In this document: positions 1 through 15,000 of the stretch, one piece after another
Layout: every line of letters begins with the position of its first letter
Numbering within the stretch: position 1 is the first letter of the stretch
From: Candidatus Omnitrophota bacterium
GTDB taxonomy: Bacteria > Omnitrophota > Omnitrophia > Omnitrophales > Aquincolibacteriaceae
DNA: 64,000 bases
Direction: 5' to 3'
Assembly: GCA_041674705.1 (NCBI GenBank)
Contig: JBAYVF010000002.1
Coordinates: 78,330-142,329, forward strand
Notes under the pieces: generated by a model
Seen by the model: the letters and a program-made list of their open reading frames with translations, nothing else
What the model was told of the DNA's origin: nothing
The model's database searches: none
Program-made: the position numbers and the translations under genes

Positions 1-31
1 TTTCGAGAGTTTTAAATCGAAGTTCCCCGAC

Positions 32-3000
32 ATGCGGGACTTCTATGCCTGGTGGTTTAAAAATGAAAGCGCACCGTTTTTTCATTTTATCGAGAAATTA
101 TTTGAAGAGTTTTCCGGGGATGCAAAGAAGAACAAGGACCGGACCTTTGTGTTCCTGGGCCGGAGCGCGGATGATATTTTTACGGCGGTTAAGAAGATCG
201 GTGAGGCATTGAAGACGCCGATCCCCCATGTCCGGTCGGTCGTGGTATCTCGGGGCATGATCTACGGCTATCGGGAAAACAGGGAGATGCTGCTCAAGTA
301 CTTGTACGATCAAGGAATGCTTGATCGCCCGGAGATTATTTTTATCGATGCTGGATTTCAGGGGACAGTCCCCGCTGAATTGGCGGCGATGTTGAATGAC
401 CATGGTCTCCGGAAGAGATTCTCCCGTAAGTATGGGGTCCCATGGCCCGTAAGAGGGAAGTACGAGTTCAAATTGAGAATGATCAAATATGTTTGCAAAG
501 AGATCCCGTCTGCGAGCGATCTTAAGGATGTCACGGATTATGCGGCCGGCGGAAGGGATTTTGACGAAAGAACCACTAGCGCCTTCATTCTGGATGAAGG
601 TCTGGAAAAGCTTTTGCTTAATAATCTTTATCTTGTTGAGGATGCGAATGGCAAGGTCGATTTGGTCAAAACGTATACGCATCGGATGGCTTTGTATGAA
701 ATGGGCCAAAAAGTTTTGAATGAAGCGATCGACAACTATTTGAGTTCGAAACGGGCAAAGGCATCCAGAGACCCCCGCTCCGAGGTCCGCTCCGAGCTGC
801 CCCTGAAAGCGGTGGTGTTTGATCTTGGGGGAGTGATCTTTGATCATGATTTCAAGAAGATGGCCCGGGCTTTTATCGACGCGGGGGTTCGCGGAAAAAG
901 CGTCGAGGAGATCGTCGATCTCGCGACGGCTTCGGATTCTTATAAGGCGTTCGAGCGTGACGAAATATCGCCCGAAAAATTTTACGCCGAGCTGTGTGCC
1001 GCGCTAGAGATCCGAACTCTTTCCTATGACCAATTCTTGAGGATCTGGTCAGACATTTTTACGCTCAAGCCGGAAACGGTTGATTTAATGAAGCGAGTCA
1101 GGGAAAACGGCGCCAAGGTTTTTATCTTAAGCGACACAAACCGTCTTCATATTCGATCCTTAAAAGAACATCATCCGGATATTTTTGCGCTGGCGGACCA
1201 TGTTTTTACGTCTTATGAGCTTGGCCTTCGAAAGGGGGATGGTCCCCGGGTGTTCCAGGCGATGAACGAAAGGCTTGAACGGGAATACGGGATCAAACGT
1301 GGCGAAAGCGTCTTTTTTGATGACCGGAATGAGAACGTCGAAGCCTCAAAAGCGGAGGGTCTTCCGGCCTTCTTTTTTACCGGCGCCGAAGCTGCTGAAA
1401 CGAAGATCCTGTCTCTGTCCGCGCCTGCCCAGGCGGTTCTTCAGAAACGGAAAAAAATCGCTATTGTTACCGCCAATTTCAATAATGACCACTACACGGA
1501 CGCTTTTTTAGATTCGGCCGCCAACTTAAAATACCCTGATTTCTCAGTCATCGTCGTTGACGACGGTTCGAAAACGTCCTATCCCATGGACGGTGCAAGG
1601 CTAAAGAAGTTGCCGAACGCTGTCGTGATCCGTAATCCCGTTAATCAGGGAGTGAGCACGGCCCGGAATATCGGCGTGGCCTATGCCCTGGCGCAGGGAT
1701 GCGATTATGTTTACTTTGCCGACAACGATACTGTTTTGCCGCCTAACCTTCTGGACGTTCTGGAGCGCGAAGCCGAAAAATATCCAAGGACCGGCATCTT
1801 TGGCGCCCAGGAATATTTTTATAGCCGGCCGAACGTCTATTATTCCGCGGGCGGAAGCAGGCTTTTATGGCTTCCAAGGGGTTACGGTAAAGAAGACAAG
1901 GGCCAGTTCAGTTACAGGCAGCAAGTTCCCGCTCTTGGGAGCGCCGCGATTTTGGTAAGAAGGAATGTTTTTGAGAAGATCGGCGGCTTTGATGACTATT
2001 TGTATTTCGGGCTTGAAGACACGGATTTTTGCCTGCGCGCCGGAGCGGCCGGTTTCAAAAGCATGGTCATTCCCGAGGCCAAGATTCGTCATAACGTGGG
2101 AGGCGGACTCAAACGCTTCAGCCGGAAAAGAATTTATTATCTTACCCGGAATCCGCTTCTTATGGCCAGGAGGTTCACCGGGGAGCAGCGCTTTCTGCTC
2201 GTGCTCCGGGCTTTTCTGGTTAGCATGAGATCGGTCTATGGCATCGTGAAAAGCGGTGATTTTGGGGCGTTTTACGATATCTTCAAGGCTTTTTTTGACG
2301 GGTTGACGGATCAAAAATTTAAAAAAGATCTGAATGGCCGGGATTTTGCCGAAGGGATATTTAAAAACGCGATCGAAATGATAAAAACCGGCAAGCTCCT
2401 GGTTTCCGACACGGGACAGTCTCCGCTCACTGCTAAGCCTGTTGATCCCAAGGCGGTTCGCTCCGAGACGCGGTCGGAAGAGCCGGTGATCGGGGATGCG
2501 GATAAGCTCGCGAATTATATCCAGGAACTTCTCGCCGGGATCGATCGTGCGCAGGGTCCTGGGAAAACACCCCGAACGGCGATCCTCGATGAACCTCAAA
2601 AATTCGAACAGGATTTTTACAAGCCGCTTTACGAATTATTCCTTTCAAGGCTTTTAGTCGATTTCGACGGCGCCGACGAATTTGTGTCCTATGCCCGTGG
2701 TCTTCTCGACGCGAAAGGGGCGAATGCTTTGCGGGAGGAAATGGACCAGGGGGCTGATTTGCTGTCGAACGTCGCACTCCAGCATTTTCGGAAAATAAAG
2801 CCCGGGAAAAACACTTCTCAGGCCCTTGTCGAGTTTTACGGACAGATCCTTTTCTTTTTGACGAAGCAAATCGAGGATTATCTGGGGCCTGTTTATGATG
2901 CGATCATGATCACGCGGCCCGAGATCGCCATCGCAAGAGAGGGCAAGTCGTATCATGCCAGGGCAGAAAGCACGATCCGCCTTTTCAATAAGGGAATTTT

Positions 3001-6000
3001 GTATGGAAGCCCGGAGGCAGTGGAGTACTACAAAGCGAATCGTGATAATTTGTTCGACCGGAAGGTGCTCCAGCCACGGATGGAAGGTGACCATGCCCAA
3101 AAGATCCTGAAGGCGCTTGAATTCTGGGAAGAAAGTGCGAGGCGGCCGGATTTCGATTTTCTTCGCGTGAGGCTCGAGAATTTCAAGAGCCATTCCGTGG
3201 TTGTGGAATACGATTCCGTGCTGCCGTTGATCGTCGCCGACACGGAACAGAACGTTGTTCGTATGATGCATACGGAACGCCTGACGCAAGCTTTTAATGT
3301 TTCGAAGGATTATCTGGATTTGTTGGAGCTCGATAACCCGGAGGATATGAAAGAGCTCGCGATATGGCTTAATTTCGGGCAGCAGTGGCTGGATATTTAC
3401 AGTGATATTCAGGCCGATGAGATCACCCACGATCATTATGTCGCGAGTGAGGAAATGAGGATGCTGCTCAATACGCATTTCTACAACATTGAAGACAGCC
3501 ATTTGATGCCGGTGAAAGACCTTCAAGAGCGTTTGGCGAAACGCATGAGAAACCATGTGTTGAAGCGTTATCAGGAAGTCATGCGCAATAATTTCCTGGA
3601 GGAAGAAAGAGCTGACGCATTATTGAAACTTGGCCGGGAGCAAAAGGACAGGGCTCCTTTCGCGGATGCGCTCATCCTTTACAAAAATATTCTCAGTCGC
3701 TGCGAAGCCATGGGGATGCATACCCAGGCGACGGAGATCTTTCGCAAGATCGTTTACGCGACAAGCGGCGTCCAGCTTTATGATCCGGGAGGGCTCCTGC
3801 CGCATCATTTGCAGATGGATCTTATTTTTATCGCACTCCGGCTTCACAAGTGGGTGGATTTCCACACTGAGCTCGGGATTCTCTTGACCGGGCAGGCGGC
3901 TCCTGAGAGGGGCTTGGATGCGGCGATTCTCGAAGGGGAACCAAGGCAGGGATATCCAGTAAAAATGTCCCAGGTCAATGTGGATCAAGTGAAGCTTCTT
4001 CTGGGCGCTGATCTCAAAACAAGTTTTTTTGCGAAAAAATTAAAAGCGGCTATGGCGGCGCAAGTTTGGGCAACGCCCAAGGCTTCGCCTTTTGTGGACC
4101 TGGCGAATAACGCACTCGAGGAATTTTTTAGCGCTCCTTTTGCGAATCTAAAATCCGAGAATCTTGCCCCATTTTCGGAGGAAGGCCATGAAAGCAGCTT
4201 TGCCTCGCGCACTGAAGTGAAAGAAGCCTCGCAAAAAACAGTGACGGTTCCTTTAAAGACGCAAATACGGAAAAAGAAAACGCCGCCGGCAGCAGCTAAA
4301 AAGAAAATTGCTCCTCCCCAAAAAGAGTTAAAGAAGATTGCGCCGCCCGCGCCTTCGGCGAAAGTAAAAAATCAATCCGGAAGAGTGAAGCCGGAGCAAA
4401 GGCAAGTCCAAAAACCAAGTGTATCGCTTTTTGTGAATGTGAAAAAGGCGCCCGGGATCGCCGAGGAGCTTCAGGAGTTCGTTGTGGACGAGGGCGTCGC
4501 CGAGGAGTCTCAGGAATTCGTTGTCGGCAAGAAGGACAAAAAAACGATACCAGCCCTTCGCACGGTGGACATGATCGGGGGAGATCTCCTCGAGTTTGTC
4601 TTTGACGCTGCCGAGCTCGGGAATATGGATCCCGCGGCGCTTCTAATCAATATTTTGAAACCGGATCCGAAGACGGTCGAGATCCAGCGTGTTGAAAAGT
4701 CCGGAATGCTTTCGATCAAATTCGTGGAAAAGGAAGATAAATCTCCGGAGGGTGAGGCGGCAGAATCCGAAAAAATAGTCAAGAAACAGTATGCGAGTGA
4801 TTTTGACGAAGACCAGCAGGCGGCTTTTGTTCGCGAAGCCCTTGACTCGATGGGGGTTTTGGCGAAGGCGATGCGCGGTTTGGATCTTCCGGCTATTTTC
4901 AGGCTTTACGATCAGAGGAAAACCGAAGATCTCGAGAACTATTTCGTCGAGAATGACCTGCCCGGCATCGCTGACAAGTTAAGCGATTTTATTGAAAAGA
5001 TGGATGAAGCGATTGCCGCGACCGATGGCGAGGACTTGGAAGAGGATGATCCTTCCCGGAGTGAAATTCGGGACGGAGAAAACAGAGGATATGAAAAGGG
5101 ATGGCATGAGCAAGGCGTCCGGATATTAGATCCGGAGCAGACGGTGGTCTTGTCCCAGTCTGCTAACGCTGAAATCAAAAGCTACTTTTATAAGTACGCG
5201 ATCCGGGATGCCAGAGAAGCCGTTCTGCTTGACCCCCGAAACCCCTATGCCTGGACCGCTTTGGCGCGGGCACTGCGTTTTTCAAATCAAACAGAAGATG
5301 CCAGAAAAGTCGCCTTCCAGGCTCTGGAATATTTCCCGGAATATACCTATCTTTGGCGTGAGTATCTTTTGTCGGTTAAAAGGACCAAACGTTATGATGA
5401 CGAGGCGTCAGCGATGCTGGATCTGGCCCGCTTGCGTCTTTCTGATAATCCTTATGCCGGGGCGCTTATAAAGGAAGCGCTCCGACATTTTCCGGATAAA
5501 GTTCGGAATGCTTCTACGCAAACAGCTACTTCCGTGGCTGCGACACAACTGGCGGGACCGGACATTGTAAAACCCAAGGCCCAAAACCGGTTTGTTGCCG
5601 CAGGGATCATGACCGAGGAGGAGTGGGAGGCCCGGGACCATTTTCCGATGCCGGAGGTGCTGAATCGTCTGCGTCTTTACATCAAGGGGGGCTTCGACCG
5701 GATCCGTGATGTCCGGGATCTTGACCAGAAGAAAAAACGTTCCATCCAGCATGAACGAGAATGCGATTTCCTGATCCGGGATTTCTCCGGGACTTTTGGC
5801 GGAAGAACGGAATTCGTTCCCGGAATGGAGCAAGGCTTGCGGACTCTCCTTGCCGCGAGATTGAAAGCCGCCGAAGAAGCCCCCTCAGACCGAAAAACTG
5901 ACGCCCAACACCATCGCTCGGAAGCGCGTGATGGTATCGCTGCGCAGTCCGAAGTTCGAGCATTTCCCTCGAAAGTCCTGGAAATATTTCTGGACGGAAA

Positions 6001-9000
6001 AAAAGTTTCATTCGACGAAATGCGATTCCAGATCTCGCGGATGAATGAAATGATGTATGCCTATAGCGTTCAATGGCAAGGCGATACGATCCGTTTCGGG
6101 ACCCACGTTGTGAATCATGCCGAGGTTCTGGACCCCAAGCCTTTCCAGCCGGAACTTATTCTGGGTAACTGGTTTCCTCCGGATGTTGAAATGAAAAAGA
6201 AGGCTTTGGTCGCCTTGGTGGCCGGTCCAACCCTTGGACTGGGAGGGTGGAATCTGAAGGCCTCGGACGATGTTGCACCCAGACTGCGGATGGAGCTGAT
6301 CCGGCTTGCGAGATTTTTGTTGGAGGTCGGTTTCCCGCCGGACGTCGAGCTTGCGCTTGGGATCCCGAATGGCGTTTACGACAAGGTCAAAAAGGAAAAA
6401 AATGCCACCCTGGCGGTTTTGGCCCAAGAACCTCTTGAAATCGAAAAATTTCAGGAGCAATTCAAAGCAGGACGGCTTGTTTCCTGGAAATATCCTTTGA
6501 AGGAAGGTCATAAGGTCCGCGAAGAAACGCTGGAAGCGGTCGTTCGCTACGACGACGTTTTCGATGCTTTTGATGTGGTGCCGACCGATGCCATGCTGCA
6601 AAAGTTCGGCAAGTCGCTGGGTTTTCTGAAGATCGAGGCTTCGCAGGAGGAAATTGGTTCTCGCGGGACTTTCGGGATGATCGTGCTCGATCGCCGTATT
6701 TTGAACGGGGAACCCGTCTTGATTTTTGACCAGATCCATCCTTCACGGGGATACCGGAAGATCAAAGGCGTTGAACGCAGAATGTTCCGTCTTTGGATCG
6801 AAGGGGCGATCTCGGAGATGATGGTTGTTGCCCGGGAGTTGGGAATCGAAACATTTTACGCAAGTGACGAAGCCAGGATTCGTGAGGAAACGAAAAGTTG
6901 GAGGCCCGGTATCCCTCAGCCAGGTCTTTGGGAAAGTTATGCATTTCCTTTCAAAGACAAGGGATGGGAACCCGCTACGCTCGAACTTGATGGCAAGCAG
7001 GTCAGCGTTTGGCATTTTATCGGAGGATTTGTTTCTCCCCCAGTGAGGGCAGAAGCGCGGGGCAAAGACAAAGCCATTCAGACCGTGGGTTATGAAAAAG
7101 ATTCCGCGCTTGCGAAATTCTTTAAAGGACTGAAAGACAACGCCGCGAAAGAAGAAACGGTGAAAGATGGCTTGGCGACACGAAAGCAAATTCAGCCCCA
7201 TCTCTATAAGGGGCTTAAAGACAATCTTCGGGCTTATCACAAGTCTCGTTCCGAGGATGAAATTGTAGTGGCTTTGGATATTTTTACGGGGATCGCCATG
7301 GATTATCAAATTGCTTTTATTGAAGAGATCCGCTCGGGAAAGATGGAAGGGCCGGTCTTTTATACGGGGCACTTTTTCCGCGAGATCTTTTTAGAGACAG
7401 AGGCGCCTGCTCTTCGGGTCCTCTTGCTCATGAGGCAGGCGGCCCAGGTTTTTTTGACCCATAAGATATCGCCGGTCGAATTTATGGGAGCCACCATGTT
7501 CGTTCTTGTGCGGAAGATCAAGGCCCAGGCGCAATTTGAAAAATATATGAAGGCGATCATGGAATTCATACGCATGGATTCCGACATTCTGTCGAACGAA
7601 TACTTTTGCACATGGCTTACAGGCGAGATCGACCGGAGCACAAGCGCCAAGGCGTTTTCCGGGGCTTTATTGCGCAAGAATTTTGAGGATTATCTCGCTC
7701 TGCATACCCGCCGCTCGGAAGCGCGTTTGAGTGCCGGTCTAAGACCCGGTCTTAAAGAGCTTTCAAAGACCGGGTCTTTACAGGGTGACCGCTCGGAAGC
7801 GCGGGAAGAAGCCTCAGCGGTGATCCTTGCGCAACGTGAGATGGGTCTTTTAAAGAGTTCGGTCATGCCGCACATTGAAAAAATAGATAAGCTTATTTCG
7901 GGTCTCCGTCCGGGGCCGGTTACGGAGGAGGTAAGACGCCAATTGCAAGGGATCTTCAATGAGACAGCCGCTGTTTGGGTAGGTGTTGAGCAAGAACATG
8001 AAAGGCTTGAAAAACTTTCCAAAGCGACCGTATCCCAAGGAGAGAGGGCGATTTACGAAGCATTATGGGACGTGAGAAGCGACAAACTGGGGAACATCGT
8101 TCCGGTTTTGTCCCACCTTGCTGAAAGATATCAATCTAAAGACGAGCTTACGGCAGAGAATATTCAGTATATAAGGGAAATTTTGACGCTTGCCATCGTG
8201 ATCCTCCAAAGTTTCGATCATGCCGAAGACATCAGGCTTTACTGGAGTTTGAACAGCGGATTCATGCCTTATTACCGGGGAAGCGAGCAGGATATCCGTG
8301 CTTTTTCAGAGCCGCTCAGGACCCTCGCTGATGTTGAGGCGTTCGCGAAAGTTGTTCGAGAATCATGGGATGCTGTGATGGCTTGGCAGCAGAAAAAAGG
8401 TTTTAGGGTCCAATATAAGGACAGCCGTTTTCCTGGAAATCCTGAGAAATGGGTCGACGAAGCTGACCAAGAATTCCGGGTATGGCTTGCGACCGGGCGG
8501 ATTCGTTACAGCATTACGGAAGGATTTTATTACACGGCCGAAGGATGGTCGCGCTCCGAATCCCGGCTGCCAATGGTGCCGGATGCAACGGCGATGTCGT
8601 TCAAGGAATTTTTGAAGCAGTTTTTTGCCGGGCATCAAAGCTTGAAGGTGATGCATTTGGGCCCGGCAGGCGCTGACCGGGATAAATGGAAAGGTTTTTT
8701 TCAGGAGCTTTTCCCCGGGACGGAATTGCGACAGTTCGAGAATGGAGAACAACTTCGCCCGGACGGCCTGCGGTTTCCGGTGCCGATCGCCTCGCAGGAT
8801 ATGGTTCTGATCACAGATCCTGACCCTTCGAAGCTGGCAGAGATGATCCCTCTCATGAAGGCGTTTGTCCGTCACAAGTCAGCCATCGTCGTTCTGTTTT
8901 CGGCAAGCGATATGGAGAATTATCTTAATTGGGTACCTCTATCGCAGGGGACGCACCCTTATGACGCAATGAGAGCTCTTTCGGACTTTCACTGGCTTTG

Positions 9001-12000
9001 GTTTTGGGTCAGGGACCCTGCGGCTTTGAAGGATCCGCAGTACGCTTTTGTTTACGGAGATGCCGGCGTGATCGCAGACATCCAACGGAGCGTAAGGATG
9101 CAAAGCCGCTACAAAGTCCTGAATGGGAGATCGGTCGCAGAAATGTTGACTGACGGAACTCCTCAGCCCCAAGGCTTGGTAGTATCCGGGAAATTAGATC
9201 CGAAAAGCCCCTCCGGAGTTTCGCCTTCGGCGGTCGATGCCCCGGATCGGGTTGACTTCACGGCTCTGCCCAGGCTGATGCCCAACATTCATTTCGGGAT
9301 CATTTCGTCTCCCGGAGCGAAGGACGATTTGACGATTGAACGTGATTCGGCATACGGTCTCAGGCTTTCTTCGATCATGATGCCTCCGACCCAAGAGGAA
9401 GCGGATGCTTTATGGCCCATGCTGGAAGCGCTGGCATTTTTTGGAGAGAAAAACAAGCTTCGCTACGATGTGGTTCGTGCGAGGCATCCGGAATTTTTCA
9501 AATGGAGGGTCATTGTTTATGATGATCGAGATGATACCCTTGGGATGGTTGCCCTTGAAAGCTTGGAGCTGGAAGGGCCTTATACCGCAGAGGTCAATAT
9601 CCGTGATCTGAACGGGCAATGGAGAAAATATCCCCTGTTTCATAAAAACACGGAGCGCGAGGATTGGCCGGGCCTTTTGATTACTATGGTGTGCTTCATT
9701 TTAAAAGAGACCCGGCGTCTCAAAATTGATCTAGGCCAGATCGGGGCAATGGCAGAGGGCGTTATGGAAGAATTTATTCAGCGCTATTTAATATCGTCCC
9801 AGCCGCTTCCTGAGGGCTTTGCTCCTAGACTTTTGACCGCGCTCAGGGCTGAAGGCGAGGCCCCGGCGTCAATGGTCTCTCCGGAGACGCAGGAAAATAA
9901 ACAGGAAAATGGACAAACTTTTCAGCGCTCTGAGGTGCGGAAGCGCGTTGTCAAGGCGACACGGATGCCGGAAGGTCTTAAAGAAAGGCTGGAGAAGGCG
10001 GTTGCAAAGGTTATCAGGGTTCATGGCGAGGATGCCAGCCAGGCGCTTGTGGCGGGAGTGTTGGGTGTTACGGCCGCGGCGATAAGCTTTTGGAAGAAAA
10101 AATATCCTCGCGAGGCAAAGCCCATTTTCGCGCCTCTTGAACAGCGGCAGACCGCGCAGCAAAAGGCCGAAGCCGCATTGCGAAAATTCAAAAAGCAGGG
10201 GATAACGAATCCGACGCAGAGGCAGATCGCGAAGGAAGCCGCTATTTATCAGAGCACGGTGTCGTCCCTCAAAAATTCGGGGGCCTTGATCCTCGAGACC
10301 ACGGAAGACCTGTATGCCACGCCTAAAGGCGTTGCGAAGAGATTTAAAGAGCGGCGAAAGATGGGGCTGAAGAATAATGCGGACGCTCTCCAGAAAGATG
10401 GGGAATGGTCGCTTTATCGTGCCGCCAGGAAATTAGGACTTCTAAAGGCACGCGTGTTACGAGTTCCTCTGGAAAAGACTTTCCCTAAAAAGGCGAAGCC
10501 TCTTCCTGTGACGCCGGCGGCGCCGAAGATTTCCGAGATGGCGGGGCGAGTGGAGAAAATATTGGAAAAAATCCGGGCCGGTCTTACGGGAAGCCAGCAG
10601 GTCGTCGATCTTATTTTGAGTACCGAGCAGGGAGAATTCGTCCAAGGGAATATCGTCCTGAGGCCTGAGGGAGAGATCGGACGCCAGGGATGGAATGCCT
10701 TGGTGAATGACATGAACGATCATTTCCGGAACCGGAAAGGCATTTACAGCGTGAAACAGGGCGTCTCGCCTGTGCTGAGCCATCCGGCGATCATTATTAA
10801 AGAAGAAAAGGCTCCCGAGCCTGTTCGAAAAGAAAAGTCCGCGAAGGCCCCCGCCGCTCCCAAGCTCTCTCTTGTGGTCCCGAGTGTTTCTTCAGAGAAA
10901 ATTCTTCCGAGGCAGGCTTCGACGTATAAATCAACACCCGGCTATATCTCCCCGTCGTTCCGAGAATCCGATGTTTTTGGATCCGAAGAAAAAAATATGA
11001 CAGTTGCTGAGGCCTTGTCCCTAGTCCGCTCCGAAGCTCGGAACTTTGAAATGGGTCCTGCTCATCGCGCGTTCGACCATATTTTAAGGAACGGTTTCTC
11101 GCATATAGTGGACGATCTTTTTGATGATTCTTCCCTGACCTATGCTTTGAGCCTGCGTCAGGTCGTTAATCCTGAAGGTCGTCCGCTGACGGCTATTTAT
11201 GGAGGAGCCGGGGCTGATATTTCAGGAGCTCTTGTGATGCTTGGATCGACGGAGAATTACTTCGTTTCGCATTATCAGGATCTTGCCGTTAGCGATCTGC
11301 AATGGGTGGCTGATGCGCTCAAGGTCTTGAAGAAACGTGGAGACAATGCGTTATTCACATTAGGAAATACGGACCAAATGCTGCGTTATCTGAACGCCAA
11401 ACATCATTTGGGCGGGGCGCATTCTGCGGATGTGCAGATCAAGGTCTATTTGATGATGGGCCTTGTACTCGAGTTCAATGCTTTGAGGATCCATGATATC
11501 CGCGTAGACAGCGAGCTTGGGATTCCGCGCATACGTTTTCAGTGGGACCATTTTGGTCTTCAACCGAAGCAAGAACACTCGATCCTGTTTATTGACGCGG
11601 ACATCACCCGTCCGGATCAGTTTCCGGATATTCTCAAAGAAAGGATCAAACAGGGTTTTGATGTCTTTCTGCTCAAAAGAGGTTATAAGATCGCGGAGTC
11701 TTACAGGACGGAAGGGCCGGAGAATTTCATCCGCGCTCTTTACGCCGGCACGTCTGAAGGGGCCTGGTTTGTGACGGATGACCACTATGTTTCTCATGAG
11801 AACAAACTGCCATCCGGTGAAAGGGGGGGCTTTCCTGATGGCGATGCGTCTTTGGATTTTCCTTTGAGAAAAGACCAGTACGTTGAATTCGATTTACCAC
11901 AAAACGACGATCTTAAACGCTTGCCAGTGGATCAAAGATACGGAAGATTGTTTAGATTGCGCAAGGTTACAAACTCCACTAAGCAGATGGCGGATACGGC

Positions 12001-15000
12001 AGCGACTCCGCCGGCGGACGAAGCCCGAAAAACCGACCTCAGTGGAGCAGGCGAAGCCATCCGCTCCGAAGTGCGGGCGAAGAAAGATCCCAGGAAAGAA
12101 TTGTTGGACCGGGAACTCAGGATCCCGCCGGCGGAGCAAAAACAACTGGAAGCCCAAAGTGAGCTGGCGGCCGATCTTACTTCTGGCGAGGTCGCGGACG
12201 GAAGGATGGGGGACCGCTTGCGTGAGATGACGGACGCGCAATTGTTCACGGAGATGGCCGTGGTCCGGCCCGACAGTGGACGCGAAAGCGCCATATGGCT
12301 CATGTTGAATAACTACATGCATGTTTTCCGCACTCACGGGAATCTGAACCGCGACGAGCGGCAGAAGATCCACGAGCTCCTGTCGAGTTTTTATGCCGGG
12401 AAGTTGGGATCTCATTTTGATCGTAAGAAAATCGATGCGCGCTGGGCGAAGGAAAAGGACAAGGTCCGGCCGTTCGTCGAAAAGTCGCTGCGGCTTTTCC
12501 TTGAGCATTATCCGCTTCTGCAGTACGAGCTCACTCCCGAGGTCATCGAGGCCATTACGGGCATTGGGGTCGATTACCAGGCGGCATTTGCCGGAAAGAT
12601 CCGCCGGGGTGAGATCGAAGACGAAAAGGATTATCTGGCGGGTTTTATGAAGGAATTTTTAACGGTCTTAGGGCCCGGCCCAAGAGATGTCAAAACGGAT
12701 GTCGAAAAACTCAGCTCGGTCCGCAGCGCGGGCAGGATCGTGATCTTCGAAAGAGTGTCACCGTCTGAATTCATGGCCAACACGATGTACGCCTTGATCC
12801 GGAAGGCCAAGGATCCGTCGGAATTTGGGAAGTATGTGAATGCAATCATCGAATTCATGAGAGCGAACTCCGATACGATATCGAACGATTACTTCTGCTC
12901 CTGGCTGACAAGCGCCGTGAGCCGTTCCAGGAACGTGAAGGCGTTCGAAGCCGCTTTATCACGGAAGGATTTCGAAAAATATGCCGCGCAGTATACCGCC
13001 CGCCGCTCGGAGGAGCGAAGCGAACTCCGCACTGAGAGGAACGGTTTGAAAACCGTTCCCGTACGTGCCGAAGCGCGGATCCTTCTGATCCTTTTGCTTG
13101 TGACGGGAGTTCCCGCTCTTGGTGTCTGGGGCGGTCTGCTTTTAAAACAATGGATGGGACAGCGAAAAGCGGCTTATGAAAAGAATATGCGCGAGATCTT
13201 GCTGCAGGTGCTCGGCAAAGTTCGCTTTGCGTCTAAGGATATCCGGAAATTGGAAAAAGATCTGCAAAGCGAGATCTACTGGGCTCATTATTTCGCAGCT
13301 TCGCCTTATGCGAAGAACCTGCGCGTGGGCGGGAAGCAGGCCACTCTGACGGAAATGAGCTCCAAGGATGCGTTCATGATCGCACGCTGGATGAAGGAGG
13401 CGGTCCAGGCGGTGCATCAATGTGGGGCTGCGAAAAAGCCTGCCGTGAATATTCAATTATGGAGTGCTACAGATCTCTTCTTTGTCTATGCGAGTTATCT
13501 GGCGGGTTATGACTGGGAGTCTGTGATCGATGGGATCGCTGCCAAAGCATCATCCCAGAAGAGCCGGGAGGCCGAAGCCGCGATTCGTGAGCAGGCGCAT
13601 CTGTTGGATAACGAGGGCCATGAAGCCCTTGACGCTCTTCATCTTTCACGGGACAGTGGTTATAAAGCCGCGCAGAAACAATACCGTCAGTTGGCTCCGC
13701 GCTATCATCCTGATCGTAATCCTGGTAACGTGGAGGCTGAGGAACAATTCAAAAAGATCAGCGGCGCGTGGGATATCCTGAATAGAGCGCCGCGGAAAAA
13801 GATCCTTGAAGCGAGGGACCAAGGTCCTGGGGCTCGAGTGAACGTGTTGATCAACAAGGTACAGCAGGAAAAGATCCGTAGCAAGGTCCTGAAAGACGTG
13901 GAAAGAATGGCCCGGGATGTCGGGGACGGTTACGCCCTCCACAGTTCGATGGTCGAAGAGCCGGTTTATTGGGAGATCTTCGGTTTTTCAAAAGAACAGG
14001 CGCTTGCTGCGAGCCAGCTTTTTTTGATCGCCTGGAACCGCGCTTGGGAGGAACTTCATGAAGAGCAGGGGACGAACAAACTCAAAAGGAAGGATCTTTT
14101 CGAGAGAACTTTTTTGATCCTCAGGCAGACGCCTTATGAGCGTCGATCGAGCCGCCAGGATAACAAGGGGGTAAAGCTTTTTTCAGTCTCTCCAAAACTT
14201 CTTGAAGCTGTTTTTGACGATGCCATCTCTCCGGAAATTGAAGCTTTCCGTTCCGAAGCGCAGAAAGAAATTGCGGTGGGTCAATCATTCGCCTTCCAGG
14301 ACCTGTCGATCGAGATCACCCAGACCGAAGGATTTCCATATGATCTTGAATGGGTCCGCCAGAGGTTTACTGATTTTCTTTCCGTAAATTACAAGGGTGA
14401 CCTTCTTGAGATGGAGTTAGCGGAAAGAAAAGCCATAGGACAGCGGAAGGGATACGCTTCTTTCGCAGCGTCTTCCGATCCGACACCTTGCCATATCTTT
14501 CTAAGACCTTTTGCGGGTCACCAGATATTGATGTTTGGTGTGGCGACCAATGGGTCCGATTATAACGAGCATTTTATTTCAGGTCGTATTACCAAACGCT
14601 CCGAAGCGCGGGGGACACAGCCCTATCGCTGGGTTCGTGCGAAGGAGGGGGATTTGTGTGAATCGGCGAGGCGGATATGGAATGGGGATGTTGCCGCGCC
14701 CGTTTGGGGGGAAGATGTGACCGGTGCGATCATTCATGAGATGGGGAGGTTTGCGCGGGGTCTGAATCAAGAGATGTATAAGATAGACTACTCGCCTGTT
14801 TTTGATTCGCCTTGGCGGCATTTATGGGACATCGTGAGGGAAATGATCCTCAACAAGATCAAGCGGGATCATGCGGCGTTGTGGGAAAAATGCGGCGCCC
14901 GCGTCCTGAAAATGATTGATGACACGCCTTTTGCAGGCGATGTGAAAGGATTTGAAAACCGGCAGGCCGAAATAAATGCAGCCAAGGAAGCTTTTACTGC

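Noticed and set aside
14725-14760. IIHEMGRF in the giant ORF looked like a zincin HExxH motif.
   Set aside because: The second His is missing (HEMGR), so it is not a metalloprotease signature.
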